From assembly GCA_965197525.1 (NCBI GenBank), contig OZ240211.1:448001-512000 (forward strand): a stretch of DNA of 64,000 nt, in the 5' to 3' direction. This DNA comes from Nitrosopumilus sp. (lineage in GTDB: Archaea; Thermoproteota; Nitrososphaeria; Nitrososphaerales; Nitrosopumilaceae). Below are positions 31,409 to 40,800 of this stretch, one piece after another. A model generated the notes under the pieces. That model was given only the letters and a program-made list of their open reading frames with translations. It was not told the DNA's origin and did not search any database. The position numbers and the translations under genes are program-made. Numbering within the stretch: position 1 is the stretch's first letter; the number at the start of each line of letters is the position of its first letter.

Positions 31409-32602
31409 TTAACCCCTATAACTCGACTTTGACATATCGACTATTCGGATTACCAATGGTGTGCCGGGTTCCGTCATCGCCTGCTCAAGAGTGCCGGACT
31501 GCGCTTCATATATGTCATCTCTACTACCCCTAAACCTAGGGGGCAGCTTGCGTGATATGTTCATGGCAGCGATAATATCCCTGTCCATAAACAAACCGCA
31601 ATTATTACACGACATTTTACGATGTTGTTGCATGTCCTCTTGGAGTCTCTTTCCGCATTGCAGACACTGCGTGCTCGTGTTTCTTGGGTCTACTGTCTCG
31701 ACTGGAGGCAGCCCTACCCATTGGGCTTTGTATTCTATTTGGCGTTGTAACTCGTAGAATTGCCACCCGTTCAATCTACGCCTGTACTTGTTACCTTGAC
31801 TGTTTCCTTTTCGGTACAATTTTCTTATTCCTTTCAGGTTTTCCATGACGATTGCAGTCTTGTTTTTGACTGCGTTGTCTACTATATCCTTTGAGATTCT
31901 GTGGATGTACTGCTTTGTTCTATTGCTCATTCGTCTCTGTCTTTGTTTCCAGAATTGACCTTTCTTTCTGCGATCATTTCTGTGGAATCCTGCCCTAGCG
32001 TGTATTGTGTTCTCCTTTATGGATAACAGTTTGTTTGTCTTGTAGACTGTCACCTCTTTCTCGTTCCCACACGTCACATTTCTTAGGTTTCTGTCTATTC
32101 CCACTTGATTGGTGCACTCTATCTCTTGTACTGTTTTTGAAACACAAAGACTGATGTTCAGAGCAGTCAATGAAAACGAGCGCACCGTCAAGGCGGGATC
32201 AGATAGGATTTTTTGGGTGTGATCGTTGAGTAAAATGTTGATTGGGTTATGTTTCTTGTATGAGATTGTTAATAGTGCACCGCTGTGTTGTATACCGTAA
32301 CAGTTTGTCATAAAGGGATTTTTGAGTATTGGGTCTCTTATTCTGACACCTCGTTTGATTGATTGTTTTCTGTTTGATAACATGCCTGCAGCTCGTGATA
32401 TTGCATTTAGTTTGTATGAAGACAGGATGTCATAATTACGTAATTCATGATAACATAACATGGACAACCTCTTCATATTGTGAGTGTCTTCTTTCAATCC
32501 TGTCTTGATGCAATGATTGACCATCTTTGTGAATATAGCCATCATATCCATTAGATCAGAGTTTGGCGTATATTTCTGTGATATTGACTTTATCGCTTTC
32601 AA
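31409..32602 (-). CDS. tnpB: TnpB RNA-guided endonuclease (397 aa), catalytic motifs intact
   Basis: RuvC-I VGIDRN, RuvC-II IVMENL, Zn finger CLQC...CNNC, RuvC-III DRDIIAAMNI; TTG start; stop lies inside the inner end of the TIR. Confidence 0.95.
   Translation of the reverse strand: MKAIKSISQKYTPNSDLMDMMAIFTKMVNHCIKTGLKEDTHNMKRLSMLCYHELRNYDILSSYKLNAISRAAGMLSNRKQSIKRGVRIRDPILKNPFMTNCYGIQHSGALLTISYKKHNPINILLNDHTQKILSDPALTVRSFSLTALNISLCVSKTVQEIECTNQVGIDRNLRNVTCGNEKEVTVYKTNKLLSIKENTIHARAGFHRNDRRKKGQFWKQRQRRMSNRTKQYIHRISKDIVDNAVKNKTAIVMENLKGIRKLYRKGNSQGNKYRRRLNGWQFYELQRQIEYKAQWVGLPPVETVDPRNTSTQCLQCGKRLQEDMQQHRKMSCNNCGLFMDRDIIAAMNISRKLPPRFRGSRDDIYEAQSGTLEQAMTEPGTPLVIRIVDMSKSSYRG
31412..31560 (-). 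ncRNA. Candidate omegaRNA/reRNA: scaffold ending ...GATATGTCAA (31429), then a 17-nt putative guide
   Basis: TnpB guide RNAs are known to overlap the 3' end of tnpB. Blocks cccctaggtttagg, tgaagcgcag, TTGA, cggaaccc and atagtYgatatgtcaa are conserved with the copy at 5715-5830, and similarity decays after TCAA. Boundaries are inferred. Confidence 0.5.
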
Positions 32603-32624
32603 CGAATATCTTACGGTTTAGAGG

Positions 32625-32636
32625 TTTATACAATTT
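32625..32636 (-). promoter_or_regulatory. Putative TATA box of tnpB (leaderless transcript)
   Basis: Minus-strand aaattgTATAAA, 23-28 nt upstream of the TTG start, the usual archaeal spacing. Confidence 0.5.
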
Positions 32637-32916
32637 AGGGATTAACAGATAACCCTCGATAACTTCACAGAACCGTTGATAGCAATACTCTAATGCGTGT
32701 CACAGCACTGCAGAATAATCGGATTCGACTAACTGTTTGACCTCTAAATCTCATTTTCGGTTCCTATCCAACAATGCAGTCATATAGATAATCATATTCT
32801 TTGGTGAGACATACGTAACATGCATACTTTGTATGCCCAATATGCTTGGACTATTTCTCCTAGAATCTATCTTCAGATAGAATAGTAATTAAACACTACA
32901 CATCGCCATATTTGTC

Positions 32917-34458
32917 TATAGCAACGTGCATAAGTTTCTGTACATGATGTTTTAGGACCATCAATAGGCATAATGCCTCATGTCTGTGGAATATGCCAAA
33001 AGCACAATGCAAAATGCAGGGAAAATTAAAATTCGAATTCATGTATGGCTATACATATCACATTGGAACAAAATGCAGGCGCCAAATGATACATACAGAA
33101 GATCAAACTACGTACAATCATTGCTTTTGTGCAGGTTTAGACGATACCTGGTGTGATACAATGTCGGGATTTGGCAGGCGGCGGCGATCCATCTTTATGA
33201 ATGGCCGCATGATTCCTTTGGGCGGTTTTCTTTTCCAGAACTTTTTAAAATTATAATCAAATTTGTGTATCCGTATAAACTCGTATACTGCTGCCAGATG
33301 TGAATTCTTATCTGCATAACGTATGGAATGATTCATTGCACGTTTGAGTACGCTCCATACTTCCTCTACGGGATTCAGATATGGATGTCCTACAGGATAC
33401 CACAGGACAATAATGTCGCGTTTTGCAAAGAATTCTTCTGCATCATGGGATGTATGCCACGGTGCCTTGTCTAGTATCAGGACCATCTTGCCCACCTCCC
33501 TGTACACCTTTTCCATATGTTCTAGAAAGGAGACGGTGTTGACAGTCTGACAGTGATTAAAAAACTGTCTGCCGTCGTGTGTCATGCTGCATATCATTGA
33601 GAATCTATGAAATCCTCCACTCCATAACATGAATATGCGTAGGCATGTTTTTGCCCAATATTTTGCAGACATTACAGCATCCTTGAAGTGTGATTCATCC
33701 TGGGTTACAATTGTATATCCCATCTTTGTGTACCTTGCAATCTTTTGATACAGGCTGTTCCTCCATTTGTTCACCTCTTCTATTGGTGCTCTATTAACCA
33801 TGACTGGCTGTGTCTTTTTTCTAGAGTATCCCCATTGTATGGTATATCGCCTTATCTGCGACATGTCAAGGCTTTGTCCGGACATCTCTTCTAGTTTGTC
33901 GTGCAGTTCTACTAGTGTAAATGCGCGTCCCTTGCACCAACGCCTTGCTTTCTCTAGAATTTTTCTGTCTATTTTTGGTGGACGTCCTGACCGTGGTTTG
34001 TCTGAGAGGGCCTGTCGTATTCCATGGAATGATTTTGTAGCACATGCAAACCTGCAATACCACAGGGCAACAGTACGACGATCACAATAAGATATTTTGG
34101 CAGTATTGGCAAATGTTTTGATTACCATAAATGCCAACAGCATGAATAACCGACGTGATATACGGCCTACATGTTCTACTTTTTACACTTGTTTTAGCAT
34201 TTTACGTTCGTGCATATGTACATTTAAAGAAACGCGTTTTTGACTTTTCCTATTGAGCTAGTAACCGTACGGTTAAATTTACGTTCGTGTGTAATGCTGA
34301 GCTAGTCCAAGTCTACAAATTTGTGTAAAAAAAAAATATGTTGTAGGTATACAGATGCTGTTCGGAATGCAGGAGGCGGTGATTTACACATGATGTGATG
34401 GTCAATGGACGACGATGTCCAGAAATTAGCTGTACAGAAACTTATGCATATTGCTATA
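32917..34458 (-). mobile_element. IS630-like family B shell (28-bp TIRs ending in TA), internally deleted, enclosing another IS630 transposase
   Basis: tatagcaacgtgcataagtttctgtaca (32917-32944) versus the reverse complement of 34431-34458: 26/28 identical. The minus strand ends NIMYRNLCTLL* inside the lower TIR. Confidence 0.7.
33118..34143 (-). CDS. IS630-family transposase
   Basis: HTH...DKPRSGRPPK, TQDESHF, LILDKAPWH, YLNPVEEVWSVLKR. An upstream in-frame ATG (34200) is followed by TAA (34183-34185), so the N-terminus may be broken. Confidence 0.9.
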   Translation of the reverse strand: MLLAFMVIKTFANTAKISYCDRRTVALWYCRFACATKSFHGIRQALSDKPRSGRPPKIDRKILEKARRWCKGRAFTLVELHDKLEEMSGQSLDMSQIRRYTIQWGYSRKKTQPVMVNRAPIEEVNKWRNSLYQKIARYTKMGYTIVTQDESHFKDAVMSAKYWAKTCLRIFMLWSGGFHRFSMICSMTHDGRQFFNHCQTVNTVSFLEHMEKVYREVGKMVLILDKAPWHTSHDAEEFFAKRDIIVLWYPVGHPYLNPVEEVWSVLKRAMNHSIRYADKNSHLAAVYEFIRIHKFDYNFKKFWKRKPPKGIMRPFIKMDRRRLPNPDIVSHQVSSKPAQKQ

Positions 34459-34462
34459 TGTG

Positions 34463-34825
34463 CAAGCTGCTTTGGGAAAATACTGTTTTTGATATCTACA
34501 AAAAATTCTGTAATCTTATGATTTACTATTTTTGTCGGGCGTCCGGATCTTGATTTTTCATACAATCCCGCAACTCCAAATTCTTTAAATCGCATAACCC
34601 AATTTTTAACTGTGTTGTAAGATTTGTAAAACATATGTGTGATTGTTGAAATCGTTTCACCTTCCTCTACGACATTTAACACTGCAAGCATCCGTTCTTT
34701 TGCTTTTGAGTTTAATTCCTTCTTGTATACATATATTAATTCCATATTCTGGTTTTCCACGATAGGCGATAAATGTTTCAAGCTATAAATGTTTCTAGTG
34801 TTTTTGAAAATTGCAAAGACTTTTT
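34463..34825 (-). mobile_element. 5' fragment of IS630 family A (left TIR plus HTH region)
   Basis: Homologous to 51292-51680 in inverted orientation; TIR aattgcaaagactt at 34809-34822; truncated at a TA against the family B end. Confidence 0.85.
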
Positions 34826-34850
34826 GACATCACTCTATTATGGTACGTCC

Positions 34851-37800
34851 TCAATTCGTGGTGCGGACGGTGTAAGTATGATCAGCATCAGTAGGTGCAG
34901 TGTTTGTAAGAGGATTATTTGCTGCGTCTACAATACCGTGCCCTGACGATATCAGATCAAGGTTGTATGTGCCGTCTTGAGTTGCAGAGACTGTCACGTA
35001 ATACGTATTGCCAGAACCTGAGATCGATGTTACAGGGTTTGACGTATCGCTGCTGCTGCTGCTGCTACCAGGATTGATCGTAAGCGTCCAGCTGTTCAGG
35101 GTACCGTCATCGGCAGCTGCAAAGTTGTCGTTTATCTGTAGCGTCCAGGTACCTGCAATGGAGACACCTGCAAAGTTTGGTGTGTATGTCTGGTCTATGT
35201 CATTGGCGCTGCCTCCAGAGCGGTTGTGGAGGGTCCTAGTTGCACCATCAGGTGCAACAAGATCTATCTTGAGGTCGCCTATGTACGTGTGGGAGACGTC
35301 TATTGCAACTGAGACTGACGTAACAGTACCAGAGTCTGGGACTGTGATGGTATCTGTTATGGTGTTGGCGGCAGTTATGGCAATGGCAGGAGAACGTGTC
35401 TGTGTGAACTGACCGGAATCTGCGCCAGAACCGGTTCCGCCCGTGCTGTCAGAAGACAGGGTAAAGTCAGTCTTGTTCACTCCGGTTACATCCTCACTAA
35501 AGGTCACCTCGTAGACTAGTGTCTGGCTGTCAGTAGGTGCAGCAGCAGGATTGGATCTCTCAATTGATGTGAGTGTTGGTGCTGTGGTATCAGCAGGTAC
35601 TGTGTTGACCGTGTAGGTGTGGTCTGCTCCGGTGGTGGCAGTATCAGTTAGAGGATTGTCTGCCAAATCCTTGATGCCGTGGTTTTGTACAAGATCAAGG
35701 TTGTATGTGCCGTCCTGTGTGACAGAGACTGCCACGTAATACGTATTGCCAGAACCTGAGACCGATGTTACAGGGGTTGATGTACCACTACTACTACCAG
35801 GATTGATCGTAAGCGTCCAGCTGTTCAGGGTACCGTCATCTTCAGCTGCAAAGTTGTCGTTTATCTGTAGCGTCCAGATACCTGCAATTGGAATACCTGC
35901 AAAGTCTGGTGTGTATGTCTGGTCTATGTCATCGGCGCTGCCTCCAGAGCGGTTGTGGACGGTCTTGATTGTTCCATCAGGTGCAATAAGATCGACCTTG
36001 AGGTCGCCTTTGTACGTGTGAGAGACGTCCACGGCGACAGAGACTGACGTAACAGTACCAGAGCCGGTAACTGTGATGGTATCTGTTATGGTGTTAGCTG
36101 CAGTTATGGCAATGGCAGGAGAACGTGTCTGTGTGAACTGGGCAGAGCTTGATCCGCCCGTGCTATCAGAAGACAGGGCAAAGTCAGTCTTGTCCACTCC
36201 GGTTACATCCTCGCTAAAGGTCACCTTGTAGGTCAGCGTCTGGCTGTCGGTGCTTTCTGCAACGGGACTGTACCGCTCAATTGATGATAGTGTTGGCGCA
36301 GTGGTGTCATCAGGTACGGTATTGACGGTATACGTCTCGTCAGTACCTGTAGTTGGAGTCACGTCTGTTAGTGGATTGCTTGATTTATCAGTTATATCGT
36401 GCCCTGACGATATCAGATCAAGGTTGTATGTGCCGTCCTGTGTGGCCAAAACCGTCACTTGGTACGTGTCGCCAGAACCTGAGATCGATGTTACAGGGTT
36501 TGATGTATCACTGCTGCTACTACCAAGATTGATCGTAAGCGTCCAGCTGTTTAGGGTACCGTCGTCTGCGGTGGCATAGTTGTCGTTTATCCTTAAAGTC
36601 CAGATACCTGCAATTGGAATACCTGCAAAGTCTGGTGTGTATGTCTGGTCTATGTCATCGGCGCTGCCTCCAGAGCGGTTGTGGACGGTCTTGATTGTTC
36701 CATCAGGTGCAATAAGATCGACCTTGAGGTCGCCTTTGTACGTGTGAGAGACATCCACGGCGACAGAGACTGACGTAACAGTACCAGAGCCGGTAACTGT
36801 GATGGTATCTGTTATGGTGTTGGCTGCAGTTATGGCAATGGCAGGAGAACGTGTCTGTGTGAACTGGGCAGAGCTTGATCCGCCCGTGCTATCAGAAGAC
36901 AGGGCAAAGTCAGTCTTGTCCACTCCGGTTACATCCTCGCTAAAGGTCACCTTGTAGGTCAGCGTCTGGCTGTCGGTGCTTTCTGCAACGGGACTGTACC
37001 GCTCAATTGATGATAGTGTTGGCGCAGTGGTGTCATCAGGTACGGTATTGACGGTATACGTCTCGTCAGTACCTGTAGTTGGAGTCACGTCTGTTAGTGG
37101 ATTGCTTGATTTATCAGTTATATCGTGCCCTGACGATATCAGATCAAGGTTGTATGTGCCGTCCTGTGTGGCCAAAACCGTCACTTGGTACGTGTCGCCA
37201 GAACCTGAGATCGATGTTACAGGGTTTGATGTATCACTGCTGCTACTACCAAGATTGATCGTAAGCGTCCAGCTGTTCAGGGTACCGTCGTCTGCGGTGG
37301 CATAGTTGTCGTTTATCCTTAAAGTCCAGATACCTGCAATTGGAATACCTGCAAAGTCTGGTGTGTATGTCTGGTCTATGTCATCGGCGCTGCCTCCAGA
37401 GCGGTTGTGGACGGTCTTGATTGTTCCATCAGGTGCAATAAGATCGACCTTGAGGTCGCCTTTGTACGTGTGAGAGACATCCACGGCGACAGAGACTGAC
37501 GTAACAGTACCAGAGCCGGTAACTGTGATGGTATCTGTTATGGTGTTGGCTGCAGTTATGGCAATGGCAGGAGAACGTGTCTGTGTGAACTGGGCAGAGC
37601 TTGATCCGCCCGTGCTATCAGAAGACAGGGCAAAGTCAGTCTTGTCCACTCCGGTTACATCCTCGCTAAAGGTCACCTCGTAGACTAGTGTCTGGCTGTC
37701 AGTAGTTGCAGCAACAGGATTGTATCTCTCAATTGATGTGAGTGTTGGTGCAGTGGTGTCATCAGGTACGGTATTGACGGTATACGTCTCGTCAGTACCT

Positions 37801-40800
37801 GTAGTTGGAGTCACGTCTGTTAGTGGATTGCTTGATTTATCAGTTATATCGTGCCCTGACGATATCAGATCAAGGTTGTATGTGCCGTCCTGTGTGGCCA
37901 AAACCGTCACTTGGTACGTGTCGCCAGAACCTGAGATCGATGTTACAGGGTTTGATGTATCACTGCTGCTGCTACCAGGATTGATCGTAAGCGTCCAGCT
38001 GTTCAGGGTACCGTCGTCTGCGGTGGCATAGTTGTCGTTTATCCTTAAAGTCCAGATACCTGCAATTGGAATACCTGCAAAGTCTGGTGTGTATGTCTGG
38101 TCTATGTCATCGGCGCTGCCCCCAGAGCGGTTGTGGACGGTCTTGATTGTTCCATCAGGTGCAATAAGATCAACCTTGAGGTCGCCTTTGTACGTGTGAG
38201 AGACATCCACGGCGACAGAGACTGACGTAACAGTACCAGAGCCGGTAACTGTGATGGTATCTGTTATGGTGTTGGCTGCAGTTATGGCAATGGCAGGAGA
38301 ACGTGTCTGTGTGAACTGGGCAGAGCTTGATCCGCCCGTGCTATCAGAAGACAGGGCAAAGTCAGTCTTGTCCACTCCGGTTACATCCTCGCTAAAGGTC
38401 ACCTCGTAGACTAGTGTCTGGCTGTCAGTAGTTGCAGCAACAGGATTGTATCTCTCAATTGATGTGAGTGTTGGTGCAGTGGTGTCATCAGGTACGGTAT
38501 TGACGGTATACGTCTCGTCAGTACCTGTAGTTGGAGTCACGTCTGTTAGTGGATTGCTTGATTTATCAGTTATATCGTGCCCTGACGATATCAGATCAAG
38601 GTTGTATGTGCCGTCCTGTGTGGCCAAAACCGTCACTTGGTACGTGTCGCCAGAACCTGAGATCGATGTTACAGGGTTTGATGTATCACTGCTGCTGCTA
38701 CCAGGATTGATCGTAAGCGTCCAGCTGTTCAGGGTACCGTCGTCTGCGGTGGCATAGTTGTCGTTTATCCTTAAAGTCCAGATACCTGCAATTGGAATAC
38801 CTGCAAAGTCTGGTGTGTATGTCTGGTCTATGTCATCGGCGCTGCCTCCAGAGCGGTTGTGGACGGTCTTGATTGTTCCATCAGGTGCAATAAGATCAAC
38901 CTTGAGGTCGCCTTTGTACGTGTGAGAGACGTCCACGGCGACAGAGACTGACGTAACAGTACCAGAGCCGGTAACTGTGATGGTATCTGTTATGGTGTTG
39001 GCTGCAGTTATGGCAATGGCAGGAGAACGTGTCTGTGTGAACTGGGCAGAGCTTGATCCGCCCGTGCTATCAGAAGACAGGGCAAAGTCAGTCTTGTCCA
39101 CTCCGGTTACATCCTCGCTAAAGGTCACCTCGTAGACTAGTGTCTGGCTGTCAGTAGTTGCAGCAACAGGATTGTATCTCTCAATTGATGTGAGTGTTGG
39201 TGCTGTGGTATCAGCAGGTACTGTGTTGACCGTGTAGGTGTGGTCTACTCCGGTGGTGGCAGTATCAGTTAGAGGATTGTCTGCCGAATCCTCGATGCCG
39301 TGGTTTTGTACAAGATCAAGGTTGTATGTGCCGTCACTTGATGCAGAGACTGTCACAAAGTACTGGCTGCCAGAACCGGATATGGAGGTTACAGGATTGG
39401 GGACATCGGGGGTATCACCATAATTAATTGTGAGTGTCCAGCTGTTCAGAACGCCGTCATCTGCAGATGGATAGTCGTCGTTGATCTGTAGCGTCCATGT
39501 TCCTGATATTGAGGCGCCGTTAAAGTTCGGTGTGTATGTAGCTATGATATCGTCTGAACTACCGCCTGAACGATTGTGTAACGTTTTGGTTGTACCGTCG
39601 GGGGCAACCAAATCTACCTTTAGATCACTAATGTATGTATGAGTAATGTTTAGGTCAACTGAAACTGATGCAGCATTTCCAGAATTAGACACTGATATGG
39701 TATCAACAACGTCTTGATCACCTGCTATGGCAGTTGATGGTGAGTTGGTCTGAGTGAACTGGCCAGTACCAGTACCTGGGTCGGGACCGCCCGTGCTATC
39801 AGAAGACAGAACAAAGTCAGACTGTGTCACGCCGGTCACTGCTTCGCTAAAGGTTACCTCGTAGACTAGTGTCTGGCTGTCAGTAGTTGCAGCAACAGGA
39901 TTGTATCTCTCAATTGATGTGAGTGTTGGTGCTGTGGTATCAGCAGGTACTGTGTTGACCGTGTAGGTGTGGTCTACTCCGGTGGTGGCAGTATCAGTTA
40001 GAGGATTGTCTGCCGAATCCTCGATGCCGTGGTTTTGTACAAGATCAAGGTTGTATGTGCCGTCACTTGATGCAGAGACTGTCACAAAGTACTGGCTGCC
40101 AGAACCGGATATGGAGGTTACAGGATTGGGGACATCGGGGGTATCACCATAATTAATTGTGAGTGTCCAGCTGTTCAGAACGCCGTCATCTGCAGATGGA
40201 TAGTCGTCGTTGATCTGTAGCGTCCATGTTCCTGATATTGAGGCGCCGTTAAAGTTCGGTGTGTATGTAGCTATGATATCGTCTGAACTACCGCCTGAAC
40301 GATTGTGTAACGTTTTGGTTGTACCGTCGGGGGCAACCAAATCTACCTTTAGATCACTAATGTATGTATGAGTAATGTTTAGGTCAACTGAAACTGATGC
40401 AGCATTTCCAGAATTAGACACTGATATGGTATCAACAACGTCTTGATCACCTGCTATGGCAGTTGATGGTGAGTTGGTCTGAGTGAACTGGCCAGTACCA
40501 GTACCTGGGTCGGGACCGCCCGTGCTATCAGAAGACAGAACAAAGTCAGACTGTGTCACGCCGGTCACTGCTTCGCTAAAGGTTACCTCGTAGACTAGTG
40601 TCTGGCTGTCAGTAGTTGCAGCAACAGGATTGTATCTCTCAATTGATGTGAGTGTTGGTGCTGTGGTATCAGCAGGTACTGTGTTGACCGTGTAGGTGTG
40701 GTCTACTCCGGTGGTGGCAGTATCAGTTAGAGGATTGTCTGCCGAATCCTCGATGCCGTGGTTTTGTACAAGATCAAGGTTGTATGTGCCGTCACTTGAT

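Larger units (their letters stand above)
31387..32674 (-). mobile_element. Non-autonomous 1,288-bp TIR element carrying only tnpB; 25-bp perfect TIRs and 8-bp TSD
   Basis: 31387-31411 ggttctgtgaagttatcgagggtta is the exact reverse complement of 32650-32674; GTTGATAG lies at 31379-31386 and 32675-32682. Confidence 0.95.

Noticed and set aside
34302-34781. 159-aa ORF as an intact gene
   Set aside because: Chimera of a truncated family A transposase and non-coding family B end sequence.
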